From NCBI GenBank assembly GCA_963790205.1, contig CAWBNQ010000005.1, positions 320,001 to 384,000 of the forward strand: a stretch of DNA of 64,000 bases, given 5' to 3'. Below the pieces are notes generated by a model. That model made no database searches. It saw only the letters and a list, made by a program, of their open reading frames with translations, and was not told where the DNA came from. Made by a program: the position numbers and the translations under genes. This stretch comes from Nitrospirota bacterium (lineage in GTDB: Bacteria > Nitrospirota > UBA9217). Shown here piece by piece: positions 19,190 to 29,812 of this stretch (within the stretch, counting starts at the first letter, position 1; each line of letters opens with the position of its first letter).

Positions 19190-21337
19190 CTATCCGGTCT
19201 TCACTCTCCTGACATCAAGGACCCCGTTGATCGAGGATATGTTCTTGATGACCTTGTTGAGGTGGTCGATGTCCTTGATGTCGATGGTGAAGTTGAGGGT
19301 CGCCTGCTTGTCCTCGCTGGTGATGGCCTCGGCGTGGGTAATGTTTGCCTCTGTTGCGCTGATCGACGAAGACACGCTGGCAAGGAGGCCGGGCTTGTCC
19401 TGCGTTCTGACCGATATTTTAACGGCATGGGCCCCAAGCTGAAAATCGCCCCAGGACACTTCAATAAGCCGCTCCTTGTCAAAGGTGAGTTCGCCGGCAT
19501 TGGGACAATCCACGGTATGGACGGAAACTCCCCTGCCCCGGGTAATGAATCCCAGCACCTTGTCTCCAGGCACGGGGTTGCAGCACTTGGACAGGTGAAT
19601 GAGCATATTGTCCATGCCGCTGATCTTCATGGCGCTGTTGGACGGCTTTGCGGGCTTTTGGGGTGGTTTTTTTGGGACGGGCTCGATATGCGGCCTGTCG
19701 GGCGCCAGCTTGTTCGCCACCATGTGCGCCGACACCTTGCCGTAACCGATGGCCGCGAGCAGGTCGTCGAGGGTATTATGCGACATGTCATTGGCCACCT
19801 TGAGAATCTCGTCCGACTTGAATATCCTGGAGGGGTTGAGCTCGTGCTTGCGGAGGTCTTTTTCGAGGAGTTCCCTGCCCAGGAGAATGCTTCTTCTGCG
19901 CTCTTCCGCCTTGAGCCATGCCTTGATCCTGGTCCTGGCCTTTGAAGTTTTGACGAACTTGAGCCAGTCGCGGCTCGGGGTGTGGCCGGCCTGGGTTATG
20001 ACCTCGATCTTGTCGCCGTTATGGAGAACGTGCTTGAGCGGCACGATCTTTCCGTTTACCTTGGCCCCGACGCAGTGGTGGCCTATGTCGGTGTGCACGC
20101 TGAAAGCGAAGTCCACCGGCGTTGACCCCTGCGGCAGTTCCTTCACGTCGCCGCGCGGCGTAAAGACGTACACCACGTCCGGGAAGAGATCGCCCTTGAC
20201 CGTGTCCATGAACTCCTTGGCGTCCGGAAGGTCCCGCTGCCACTCGAGGAGCTGCCGGAGCCACGCGAACTGCTGTTCCTCGCGCTGGCTGACAGCCGAC
20301 TTCTCTTTGTACCGCCAGTGGGCCGCGATGCCCTCCTCGGCGAGACGGTTCATCTCTTCGGTGCGGATCTGAAACTCCACACGCTCTCCCTTGGGGCCGA
20401 TGACCGTGGTGTGGAGCGACTGATAGAGGTTGGACTTCGGCACGCCGATGAAATCCTTGAACCGCCCGGGCACGGGCGTCCAGAGGGAGTGAATGAGCCC
20501 GAGGATGGCGTAGCAATTGACCTTGGTGTCGGTGATGATCCTGATCGCGATCAGGTCGTAGATGTCGTCGAAGGATATCCCCTGCTTCAGCATTTTCTGG
20601 TGGATGCTGTAGAAGTGCTTGGGCCGGCCTTTTACCTCGCCCTTGTACCCGTGCTCCGCGAGCTGGCCCCGCATGATCTCCATGAGTTCGTTGATGTAGG
20701 ACTCGCGTTCGACGCGGCGCTGGTTGACCTTCTGAACGAGGTCCCGGTATTCCTCGGGGTTGAGGTACATGAAGGAGAGGTCTTCAAGCTCGATCTTGAT
20801 CTTCGAAATGCCGAGACGGTTGGCGAGGGGCGCGTAGATATCGAGCGTTTCCTGGGCGATCCGCTTCTGTTTTTCCGGCGGAAGGGACTTGAGGGTGCGC
20901 ATGTTATGGAGCCGGTCGGCGAGCTTGATGAGAATGACCCTGATGTCCTTGGCCATGGCCACGATCATCTTGCGGAAATTATCGGCCTCGCGCTGCTCCC
21001 GGCTCTGGAGTTCCATGCGGCTGAGCTTGGTCATGCCGTCGACGAGCATGGCGACCTCGTCGCCGAACAGGGATTTTATTTCTTCCGGGGTAACGCTCGT
21101 ATCTTCGATGGTGTCATGCAGCAGGCCCGTGGCCACCGTGGCCGCATCGAGCTTGAGGTCGGCCAGAATGGCGGCCACTTCGATCGGATGGTTCAGATAC
21201 GCCTCGCCCGAGAGCCGGGTCTGTCCCTGGTGCGCCTTGGCTGAAAAAATGTAGGCCCGCCTCAGGAGATCGACATCGGCCTCCGGGTGATACTGCTGTA
21301 TCCGCTCGACTATGTCTTCAAGACGGACTGCCGGCAT
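19190..21337 (-). CDS. relA: Bifunctional (p)ppGpp synthetase/hydrolase
   Basis: HD domain LLHDTIED, YQSLHT, EFQIRT, TGS and ACT domains. Confidence 0.97.
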   Translation of the reverse strand: MPAVRLEDIVERIQQYHPEADVDLLRRAYIFSAKAHQGQTRLSGEAYLNHPIEVAAILADLKLDAATVATGLLHDTIEDTSVTPEEIKSLFGDEVAMLVDGMTKLSRMELQSREQREADNFRKMIVAMAKDIRVILIKLADRLHNMRTLKSLPPEKQKRIAQETLDIYAPLANRLGISKIKIELEDLSFMYLNPEEYRDLVQKVNQRRVERESYINELMEIMRGQLAEHGYKGEVKGRPKHFYSIHQKMLKQGISFDDIYDLIAIRIITDTKVNCYAILGLIHSLWTPVPGRFKDFIGVPKSNLYQSLHTTVIGPKGERVEFQIRTEEMNRLAEEGIAAHWRYKEKSAVSQREEQQFAWLRQLLEWQRDLPDAKEFMDTVKGDLFPDVVYVFTPRGDVKELPQGSTPVDFAFSVHTDIGHHCVGAKVNGKIVPLKHVLHNGDKIEVITQAGHTPSRDWLKFVKTSKARTRIKAWLKAEERRRSILLGRELLEKDLRKHELNPSRIFKSDEILKVANDMSHNTLDDLLAAIGYGKVSAHMVANKLAPDRPHIEPVPKKPPQKPAKPSNSAMKISGMDNMLIHLSKCCNPVPGDKVLGFITRGRGVSVHTVDCPNAGELTFDKERLIEVSWGDFQLGAHAVKISVRTQDKPGLLASVSSSISATEANITHAEAITSEDKQATLNFTIDIKDIDHLNKVIKNISSINGVLDVRRVKTG

Positions 21338-21345
21338 AATTTAAT

Positions 21346-21477
21346 CAAGCTCCAAATTACAAGCGCCAAATTACAAGCAAATCCCAAGTTCCAAAACTCA
21401 AATATCAAACGTTTGAAGATTCGGTCGATGAGATTTGGAAATTATTCGGGATTTGACATTTGTTATTTGGAATTTTA
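21346..21477. repeat. Heptamer-periodic inverted intergenic repeat
   Basis: CAA recurs every 7 nt, followed by ATTTG recurring every 7 nt. Confidence 0.6.
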
Positions 21478-23226
21478 TTTTTCGATCTTGATGTCCCTTA
21501 TCTCCAGTTCCACCGCTGTTTTTCCGTTCCAGGCATTGATGCGGGGCGTGAATACCGCCGCCACCCGCAGCGCCGTCCCGCACCTGCCTGCCGAGCAGGT
21601 TTCCCCGCTTGAACGCGATGGCCTCGAGGGCCGTCCCGCCCCGGTCTCTGAGCCGGAGCTTCAGGTGGTTCTTGCCCACGATCCGCGAGGAAACCACTTC
21701 CAGGCCCCGCGCGCCGAGCCTCGGCTCCGGATTGCCCTGGCCGAAGGGCGCCAGCTTCTCCAGCTCCTGCATCAGCTCGCTTGTCAGCTCGCCAAGTTCC
21801 ACGGCGCCGTCAACGGACCAGCGTGCGCACAAAGCCTTGAGCGCCCACTGTCTCCATCACGAGCTCGCTCAGCCGCTCGCGGAACTGAAGGATCATCTCT
21901 TCTGCGATCGTAAACCCCGCGGCGTATTTATGCCCGCCGAACCCCAAAAGCAGGTCGGAACACCGGACCAGTCCATGGTAAAGATCAAAACCGGGAATGC
22001 TCCTTGCAGACCCCTTCCCAATGCCGTCCTTCACGCAGATGAGGGCCGTCGGACGGTAAAATTCCTCAACGATCCTCGAAGCAACGATCCCGATAACGCC
22101 GGGGTGCCATTCCGGTGAGGACAGGACGAACGCTCCGGTAACTGACAGGTCTTCGCGCCGGCAGGTCTGTTTTGCCTGTTCAGCGATATTCTCTTCAACG
22201 GACTGGCGCTCCCTGTTCACCTCATCGAGCGTGGAAGCAAGGTCCCGCGCCTCTTCCCGCGATTCGGTGACGAGCAGCCGGAAGGCGATATCGGCCCGTT
22301 CCAGCCTGCCGCTCGCGTTGATCCTGGGCGCAAGCGTGAATCCCACGTTGCCCACGCCTATTTTTTTCCCCGTCAGGCCGGAGATCTGCTTCAGCGCCGC
22401 GATGCCCGGGCGCTGCGATGTCTCATCCGTGGACAAGCCGGTCGAGTCCATGCTTTACGATCACGCGGTTCTCGCCGCTGATCTTGCCCACATCCGCAAC
22501 CGTGCCGAGGGTCACGAGATCGAGATACTGCGTCAAACGGACATCATCAGCGCTTACGCCCAAAAGGGCCTGCGCCAGCTTGTAGGCAATGCCGACGCCG
22601 GTAAGACCGCTCACCTGGTCGCGTAGTGCCGCCGGAGCGTCCGGCGCCAGGAGCGCAGGGTGAAGGACCGCGTACGCGTCGGGAAGGATGAAACGGCTTG
22701 AACCGTTTGAACTGGTCAAACCGTCCATCTCATGGTGGTCGGTTATGATCAGGTCCAGCCCGAGCGAACGGGCGACCTGTACCTCGCGCGCGGCGCTGAT
22801 GCCGCAGTCGACGGTAATGACGAGCCCTGCTCCGGACGCCTTGATCCTCTCCATGGCCCCGGGATTCAAACCGTAGCCTTCCGACATCCGGTCCGGGAGA
22901 TAACACTCCGCGTCCGCGCCCAGGCTTTTGAGCGCGAGATACAAAAGCGAGGCCCCGGTCACGCCATCGACGTCGTAGTCCCCGTAGACCGTGATCTTTT
23001 CACGGCCCGAAACCGCCTTTTGGACGCGGCTGACGGCCTGGTCCATCCCGCTGAAGACGGCCGGCCCGGAAAGCGAAGACAGCTCGCAGTCGAGAAACGC
23101 GCGCGCGGCAACGGGTTCGGTAATGCCCCGAATGACCATCAGCCGGGCGACCAGCGGGTGCAGGTCCGCGCTCTCCGCAAGCGCGGATATCACTGCCTCG
23201 TCAGACTCTGCGAGGACCCACTTCAT
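21475..23226 (-). CDS. recJ: ssDNA exonuclease RecJ, split by three +1 frameshifts
   Basis: YGDYDVDG, TVDCG, TDHH, PRINASGRL, GSARS, GGH and LAPFGQGNPEP motifs spread over successive frames. Confidence 0.93.
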
Positions 23227-23242
23227 GCGCTCGGCACCTCGA

Positions 23243-23425
23243 TCAGCCCTTGTTCTCCTTGTTCTCTTTTTTCGCTGGTTCTTCGTGAGAATCGGAAATG
23301 CCCTTCTTGAATCCTTTGATGGCCTTTCCCAGGCCTTCGCCCAGCTGCGGCAGCCTGTTCGCGCCGAAAATCACCAAAACGATTATCAGGATGACGATCA
23401 ACTCAGGCATTCCTAGTCCAAACAT
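23243..23425 (-). CDS. tatA: Twin-arginine translocase TatA
   Basis: [41 protein letters not shown]. Confidence 0.95.
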   Translation of the reverse strand: MFGLGMPELIVILIIVLVIFGANRLPQLGEGLGKAIKGFKKGISDSHEEPAKKENKENKG

Positions 23426-23988
23426 GTTGCCTCCTTGTATTCTTCCGGCGTATTGAGATTGATAAACGACCGCCTTAGGGGATCAAGCCGGTCTATTTCT
23501 TCTTCCGTGATGTAGCGCACGCGGAGCCCTGTAAAAATATTCCGGATCCTCTGCTGTTCCCTTTTGATATGGTCCTCGATGACCGGCAGCAGACCTCGCC
23601 GATAAACGGCATGAAGAGGCTCGGCAAAGTCTCCGATCTTCGGAAGGACCGCGTCGTATTCCCCGGCCAAAGCAATCATGTACGAAAGCAGCCGTGGATT
23701 CAAAAACGGCATGTCGCAGGCGACAACCAGATTATATTCATCCGCGGAGCGGAGCAGGCCGGAATAGATCCCCGTGAGCGGACCCCGTTTATCGCAGGCG
23801 TCGGTGATAACCAGGGCGTCATATGACGCATAGGCCCCCGGAGAGTTGGTCACGATGATAATGCGCTCTACGCTCGTTCGGAGCGCCCTCAGGACATGCT
23901 CGATCATGGGTCTGCCGGCGACCGGGAGAAACGCCTTGTCAACGCCCATACGCCGATTTTCGCCGCCCGCAAGCACGATACCCGTCAT
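23413..23988 (-). CDS. mobA: Molybdenum cofactor guanylyltransferase
   Basis: [26 protein letters not shown] and NLNTPEE motifs. Confidence 0.93.
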   Translation of the reverse strand: MTGIVLAGGENRRMGVDKAFLPVAGRPMIEHVLRALRTSVERIIIVTNSPGAYASYDALVITDACDKRGPLTGIYSGLLRSADEYNLVVACDMPFLNPRLLSYMIALAGEYDAVLPKIGDFAEPLHAVYRRGLLPVIEDHIKREQQRIRNIFTGLRVRYITEEEIDRLDPLRRSFINLNTPEEYKEATCLD

Positions 23989-24174
23989 GTTTAAAATTAC
24001 AGCATTTACCGGAGGGTGTCAACAAGGAACTTGAATTTTTTCATCGGGATAATGATAAAAAGGGCAACAATGAGGCCGTTAAAACAGGGCTGCCGGCATG
24101 AAAGGGGCGGTTAAAAACATTAAAACTAGAATTTTATGTTGACAGCTTTTTTTTTAAGCTTTATAGTACGATGC

Positions 24175-24459
24175 ATGAGATGGAAAGCCATCATTGTGTT
24201 GCTGGCGATCGTGCTCAGCATCGTCGTCCCTCCTTCATTGTCGCTGACGATTGCCGATGGCGGACATTCAATGATCGGAACTCTCGACGTCTGCCACTCG
24301 GCGACCCCTGCCCTGTCATCGAACGGCGACATGCCCTGTATGAACGAATGTCCATGCCATCCTCTTCCTTTAGCGCAGAACAAAGTAGCTGCAATCGCGA
24401 ATCCCCCTTTTAAACCTCTCTTAATCTCTTTTCAAGACGAACATCCTCCGAAACACTAA
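24175..24459 (+). CDS. Small Cys-rich exported leader protein (DUF2946-like)
   Basis: Hydrophobic N-terminus, LDVCH, CMNECPC and C-terminal DEHPPKH. Confidence 0.6.
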   Translation: MRWKAIIVLLAIVLSIVVPPSLSLTIADGGHSMIGTLDVCHSATPALSSNGDMPCMNECPCHPLPLAQNKVAAIANPPFKPLLISFQDEHPPKH

Positions 24460-24677
24460 TCCGTAGTTCAAAACCGAAGTTGTGAGACTTCCTCCCCGGA
24501 AAAGGCATGCGCGTGCGTGTGCTTATTAAGCTCGACTCCGCTTCGGCAATATCCGTCATCGCTATCCGTTCTTACATGATATTTCTGAAGCGGAGTCGTC
24601 TTTTCTGTCTCCGGGTGTCAATATATTTCAATGTTGTCAGTTAAAAACTATCCTAAATCGGAAGTTTATGATTATAG

Positions 24678-24917
24678 ATGAAGGCGGACAATGTCACGTT
24701 TCTCACGCCTGAAAGGGCCGAGCGGTGCGCACGGGTTGCCGCAACCATCGCGTACAAGACCGCAGAGATGCTCAATGCGTGGCACGCCGCGGGCGGCAAA
24801 TATACGCCGGTCAATAAGCGTTTGGCGAATGTGCTGAACAACGGCATTACGTCGCAGAATGATTGCACCGCGTGTCACGGGACCAACGTCCCGACGCCGC
24901 CGTCGGCCAAAAAGTAG
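24678..24917 (+). pseudogene. C-terminal fragment of a split-Soret-like cytochrome c
   Basis: ERAERCARVAA..AYKTAEMLN and CTACH heme motif; no signal peptide or N-terminal part. Confidence 0.55.
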
Positions 24918-24967
24918 ACCCCGGGTCCAAGACGGGCGGATTCACTTCCGCCCGTCTCTTAAAAATT

Positions 24968-25456
24968 ATGAAGATCATCGGCACACTGTTCCTGTTTCTT
25001 TTGTTGTTCCCCTTTGACGCTGACGCAGTCCAGGTCGGACAACCGGCGCCTGCATTCAGTTTAAAAGATATGAAGGGGAACGTTGTCACCCTTGAAAGCT
25101 TTAAAGGAAAGGTGGTCTTCCTCGATTTCTGGGCGCCCTGGTGTCAGTCCTGCAGAGAGGAGCTTCCGGACATCGATGCCCTGCATAAAAAGTATTCATC
25201 GCGCGGGTTCACGGTCCTCAGCATCTGCATAGAACGGTCCGCGTCCATGGTGAACAAGTATCTGCAGAAAAAGCCGGTCTCTTTTCCGGTCCTCGTCGAT
25301 ACAAAGGGCGAGGTTGCGGATACGTACCGTTTTCCCGGGCTGCCCGCCTCGTTTCTCGTCGGGAAGGACGGCGTAATCCGGCACAAACATATTGGCTATG
25401 GGAAAGAGTTTCTAAATATCTATGAGCAGGAAATAACCGACTTGCTGAATAAATGA
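24968..25456 (+). CDS. TlpA/ResA thiol-disulfide oxidoreductase
   Basis: Signal peptide, APAFSL and FWAPWCQSCREELP. Confidence 0.9.
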   Translation: MKIIGTLFLFLLLFPFDADAVQVGQPAPAFSLKDMKGNVVTLESFKGKVVFLDFWAPWCQSCREELPDIDALHKKYSSRGFTVLSICIERSASMVNKYLQKKPVSFPVLVDTKGEVADTYRFPGLPASFLVGKDGVIRHKHIGYGKEFLNIYEQEITDLLNK

Positions 25457-25485
25457 TATCAATCGAACAGAGAGGAATACAAAAA

Positions 25486-27090
25486 ATGAAATCGATAAAA
25501 CCATATGTTCTTGGCCTGGTCCTGGCCTCCATGACGCTGCTGATAACGTCGTGCGGCGGCTCCGGCAGTGCCTCTCCGGCGGCGTACGCCGCATCCACAA
25601 CGATCACCGGTTCCGTGTTTGCAGCCCCTGTCGCCGGCGCAACGATTGTCGTATTGAACTCAAGCGGCACGGCCACCATTGCCGGCCCCGTTATGACGCA
25701 CAGCGATGGAACCTATAGCGTGAGCATTCCGACCGCGGCACTCGCCTCCGATCTTATATTCTCATCAAGCTCCGGGACCTTTACCGATGAGGCCACTGGC
25801 GATCAAACGCCCGCAGGGACCATGTCTGCATACGTGGAAGGCGGCACGCTGACCGCGGGCTTAAAGGTCCATCTTGATCCCTCATCGACTATTATCAATG
25901 GACTCGTGACAACTGGAACGGGCACCTCTTCCACGAATGCGAAGGCGACATTCAACACGGCTTTCGGCTACACGCCGGATACCTCTGTGGAGCCGATGAA
26001 CACAGCCCCGACCGGGACTACGAATGCCCCGAACCGTCTCGCCGCCTTGCGCGCTGCCGCATTCAGCAAACTGGTCCACGATCTCATACTCGGCCCGGAC
26101 AAACAGTTCGAGCTCATCGCAGCTATTACACAGGACCTTTCTGATGATGGTAAACTGAATGGATCAGCCGGATCACTGAACGGTACGCCCATCCCCGAGG
26201 ACATCGAGAACAAGTTCGAAAATGCCCTGGTAAGCTGGCTGACGAACACGACCGTCAATCTCACCGGACTGACCCCGGCTGATATCGCCCCGCTGCCGTT
26301 CGGCAAGGTCGCGTTGACCGATAACTACCGTGTCGAGTATATGCCTGGAATGATGGCGGCAACTGCGAGCAAAACTACTTTCAAACTCAAGATCACGAAC
26401 CGGAGCGACGGCTCTGCGGCAACGGGCCTGGCGGTGTCTCTGATGCCCATGATGCATATGGCCTCAATGGGCCATTCAACGCCCGTGGATTCTGTCGCCG
26501 AAGAAGGTGCCACCGGCATATACGATTGCACGGCCTATTACCTCATGGCTTCCGGAGCAGGCATGGGATATTGGGAACTGAAAGTTATCATCGGCGGCAT
26601 GATGGGCGAAACGGCGACCTTCTATCCTGCTGTCGGCATGGCCATGGGAAGCGACACGGTGCGCACGACGCTCTATGGCCCGGATGACATCGTGAGCAGC
26701 ATGAGCGGCACTCAGTACAACAAATACTATCTCTTCAGGGACGGCGCCGTAACCGCCGCAGCATCTAAGCTCGACCTGTTTATCTCCCACGCTGAAAGCA
26801 TGAATATGAACTTCGTACCCGTATCGGACGGATCGGTCTTGAGCAGTCCCACGGGAACGGTCACGTCGATGACCGTGCAGGCGTCCATGGACAGCGCGTT
26901 CAGCTCGCCGTTGACCGCTGTTGACAATGGGAACGGCCACTGGTCTGTCTCCCCTCTCTCCGGCCTGGTATCGGCGCAAACCACGACGATCTATGTCAAG
27001 CTTAACGTTAACAGCCAGGACAAGACCACGAACGGCGCTGCGGCCTCGGGATCGAATGCTTACGCAACGTTCATCGTAACGCCGCAGTAA
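25486..27090 (+). CDS. Large lipoprotein with Met/His-rich YtkA/FixH-like domain
   Basis: Lipobox ITSC; Ser/Thr-rich beta domains; MPMMHMASMGHSTP. Confidence 0.7.
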   Translation: MKSIKPYVLGLVLASMTLLITSCGGSGSASPAAYAASTTITGSVFAAPVAGATIVVLNSSGTATIAGPVMTHSDGTYSVSIPTAALASDLIFSSSSGTFTDEATGDQTPAGTMSAYVEGGTLTAGLKVHLDPSSTIINGLVTTGTGTSSTNAKATFNTAFGYTPDTSVEPMNTAPTGTTNAPNRLAALRAAAFSKLVHDLILGPDKQFELIAAITQDLSDDGKLNGSAGSLNGTPIPEDIENKFENALVSWLTNTTVNLTGLTPADIAPLPFGKVALTDNYRVEYMPGMMAATASKTTFKLKITNRSDGSAATGLAVSLMPMMHMASMGHSTPVDSVAEEGATGIYDCTAYYLMASGAGMGYWELKVIIGGMMGETATFYPAVGMAMGSDTVRTTLYGPDDIVSSMSGTQYNKYYLFRDGAVTAAASKLDLFISHAESMNMNFVPVSDGSVLSSPTGTVTSMTVQASMDSAFSSPLTAVDNGNGHWSVSPLSGLVSAQTTTIYVKLNVNSQDKTTNGAAASGSNAYATFIVTPQ

Positions 27091-27107
27091 TCGTGAGACG
27101 GACACTT

Positions 27108-28088
27108 ATGAATAAACATATCATTAAACTTATCTGCGCGGCCCTCTTCGCGGGGGCCGCATGCCTCTTCTCTTCGAGCGTCTGGGCTGGTTCCTGCTGC
27201 GGAGGCGGGGGCGGAGCTGCCCTGGTCCTGCCGAAGTTCTATGAGAGCATGCTCGACGTCTCCTTTGATATGGAAAAATACGACGGTTTCTGGGACCAGC
27301 ACGGCAAATATACTCCGGACCCGCCAGGGTCCGACCTGCGGCAATACCGGATGAACGTCGGATATGCCTGGCGCCTTGCGCCACGCTGGCAGACCAGCAT
27401 CGCGGTCCCCTACATCTGGAACAATAATAAATATTCAGGCCTTACGTCCCGGACCGACGGCATCGGCGATACCACGCTGAACCTCTGGTATGAAGCTCTG
27501 GATGACATCTCGGCCTGGAAGATCCGGGAGGTGAAGGACCTGGCGCCTTCGATCACGATCGGCCCTTCCCTGCTCGTTCCTACCGGCATATCGCCTTATG
27601 ATAACGTGAAGAGCAGCTTCGATGTGACCGGCCGGGGATTTTACCGGCTCGACGGGAATGTCCTTATCTCGAAGACCCTCCATCCCTGGAGCGCATCCGC
27701 TGCCCTGAGCTATGGCACGTATTTCGAGCGCGCTGTCGACCGTGAGTACGGGAACTATGTCGAACCGTACCACAAAAAGCTGGGGGACCGCTCATCCGCC
27801 GCTGTTTCCGTGAACTATATCTATTACCTCGGGTCCGGCGGCGACACCCTGACCGGTACCGCGTCGCTGTCCCAGTTGCGGGAGGCGAACACGAGCTTCA
27901 ACGGCACACGGAGCCCGTCGAGCGGCATGCGCAAGGACGCTGTCACCGGGACCATCGCTTATTCAAGCACCGATCGCGATTGGGGCGTCAGGGCGTCATG
28001 GTGTCACGCGATCAAGCAGGACGGCTGGGGGGAGAACTTCCCGACCACGGACATCTACACGATAGGAGTCAATTATGGGTTTCGGTAA
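27108..28088 (+). CDS. Outer-membrane beta-barrel (MetA-pathway/transporter-like) with N-terminal SCCG
   Basis: Signal peptide, GIGD and PTG motifs, terminal aromatic YGF. Confidence 0.7.
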   Translation: MNKHIIKLICAALFAGAACLFSSSVWAGSCCGGGGGAALVLPKFYESMLDVSFDMEKYDGFWDQHGKYTPDPPGSDLRQYRMNVGYAWRLAPRWQTSIAVPYIWNNNKYSGLTSRTDGIGDTTLNLWYEALDDISAWKIREVKDLAPSITIGPSLLVPTGISPYDNVKSSFDVTGRGFYRLDGNVLISKTLHPWSASAALSYGTYFERAVDREYGNYVEPYHKKLGDRSSAAVSVNYIYYLGSGGDTLTGTASLSQLREANTSFNGTRSPSSGMRKDAVTGTIAYSSTDRDWGVRASWCHAIKQDGWGENFPTTDIYTIGVNYGFR

Positions 28089-28089
28089 T

Positions 28090-28632
28090 ATGCGCTGGCT
28101 GGTGTTTCTTCTGGTTCTGCTCGCCGGATGCGGCGGGATGATGGATGATCTCAATCCCTCAGGCAGCGACAAGCGCCCCCCGGCGCTGCCGGGGACCATC
28201 GGCCCTGCCGTAGGCCAGAATGCGCCCGACTTTACGCTGTCCGATACGCTCGGGAACAGCGTTACGCTGTCGTCTGAACTCACGACCACGAACACGAAGG
28301 GCGTGGTCCTCTTCTTCACCATGTGGTGCCCTCTTTGCGACTCCGACATGAGCAATATGCAAAGTTCCATCATTCCCCCCTTCCCAAACGTGCGTTTTTT
28401 CGCAGTTGACTATGTCTCCGGCAGCGTCGCCGGCGCCGCGAGCGCGGAACTCGACAACGGCTTCGTTGGATCGGGTTTCACGGTCCTGGCAGACACGCAG
28501 CAGACCGTCCTGAACCTGTACCAGGCAACGATGGAGACGACGGTCGTCATCGACAAAACCGGCGTGGTCCGGATGAACGAAAGTTACAAAAACGGAGCGC
28601 GGCTCCAGGCCGTACTCTCCGGATTGCCATGA
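28090..28632 (+). CDS. Redoxin/thioredoxin-fold lipoprotein
   Basis: Lipobox LAGC, APDFTL and WCPLC. Confidence 0.82.
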   Translation: MRWLVFLLVLLAGCGGMMDDLNPSGSDKRPPALPGTIGPAVGQNAPDFTLSDTLGNSVTLSSELTTTNTKGVVLFFTMWCPLCDSDMSNMQSSIIPPFPNVRFFAVDYVSGSVAGAASAELDNGFVGSGFTVLADTQQTVLNLYQATMETTVVIDKTGVVRMNESYKNGARLQAVLSGLP

Positions 28633-28664
28633 CCAGGCAAGTTAAATAACCGAAGGAGCATATC

Positions 28665-29132
28665 GTGATGAAAGAAAGGTATATCGTCGTCATACTCGCT
28701 GCTGTCCTGCTCTGCTCAGCCCGAACCATCGTATTTGCCCAGGATGATATCAACGAGCACCGCTCGTGCGTCAACTGCGGTATGGACCGAAAAGCCTACG
28801 GATTCAGCAGAATGCTGATCCAGTACGAAGACGGATCCGCTGTGGGAGTTTGCAGCCTTCACTGCGCCGTCGTCGAGCTCGATGCAAACCCAGGGCGCAA
28901 GGTAAAGGCACTTCTCGTCGCCGACCGGGACTCGCGGACGCTGATCAACGCGGAACAAGCGAATTGGGTCATGGGGGGCGGAAAACGCGGCGTAATGACG
29001 CAACAGCCGAAGTGGGCCTTCCGGTCAAGGGACCACGCCGAAGCGTTCATTAAGGCGAACGGCGGGAAGCTCGTTACCTGGGAAGAAGCGCTCGCTGCCG
29101 CGCGTGAGGAGGCGGCCCGGGGGTCTCGATAG
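28665..29132 (+). CDS. NosL-family metal chaperone
   Basis: CVNCGM, CSLHC, VM motif and AEAFIKANGG. Confidence 0.85.
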   Translation: MMKERYIVVILAAVLLCSARTIVFAQDDINEHRSCVNCGMDRKAYGFSRMLIQYEDGSAVGVCSLHCAVVELDANPGRKVKALLVADRDSRTLINAEQANWVMGGGKRGVMTQQPKWAFRSRDHAEAFIKANGGKLVTWEEALAAAREEAARGSR

Positions 29133-29353
29133 CTCTTTTCCCGCCTCACCCGTAAGGGAAAATGACGAGGGCACCCGCGTCTCCTTCGGGCCGATCGTGG
29201 TGGTGCGTAGACCGCAAAGCAGGCCTCCCGTGAACGGACTTTACTTTTTACCCGCTTCACGTTATTATGCACCAAAGGTCAAGCGGCCTGCTTCAGCCTG
29301 AAATGTAAGAGTTCATTCACAGGTGGAAAGTTGCCCTAACACTCCCTTTTTGT

Positions 29354-29812
29354 ATGATGATCACCGGCGTTCATGACCATAAACTCTGCGCAACTGTCGC
29401 ATTGTTCCTTTTCTTTTCCCTGCTTGGCGCGGCGTGCACCAGTCAACAAAAATACGCTTCGCCGACCGTCGTTGGTTCCGCCGTCGTCATAGAGGTATCG
29501 TCTCTTCAGCCTGAAACCCCGCGTTTTTTCACTTACCAATACAACGACAAGAATATCAATTTTTTTGTGCTGCGAATGGACACCGGAGTTCAGTCCTATC
29601 TCGACGCCTGCGCAAGCTGTTATCCTCATAAACGCGGATATCGCTGCGAGGACGGCTCCGTGGTCTGCAGGGCCTGCGGACTGAAATTTTCAGTCTATCA
29701 ACTTGAGAAAGGGCTCGGCGGATGTTATCCGATCAAGCTCGAAGGCAAGCTGGAAAACGGCAGATATCTCATCCCCCTTGCATCGCTGGAGGCGGAGGCG
29801 GGTAAATTTTAA
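29354..29812 (+). CDS. DUF2318 membrane Fe-S-containing protein
   Basis: DACASC..GY..VVCRACG..GGCYPI. Confidence 0.85.
   Translation: MMITGVHDHKLCATVALFLFFSLLGAACTSQQKYASPTVVGSAVVIEVSSLQPETPRFFTYQYNDKNINFFVLRMDTGVQSYLDACASCYPHKRGYRCEDGSVVCRACGLKFSVYQLEKGLGGCYPIKLEGKLENGRYLIPLASLEAEAGKF

Noticed and set aside
28665..29132. Nitrous oxide reductase operon
   Set aside because: Only a NosL-family gene is present; no nosZ, nosD, nosF or nosY
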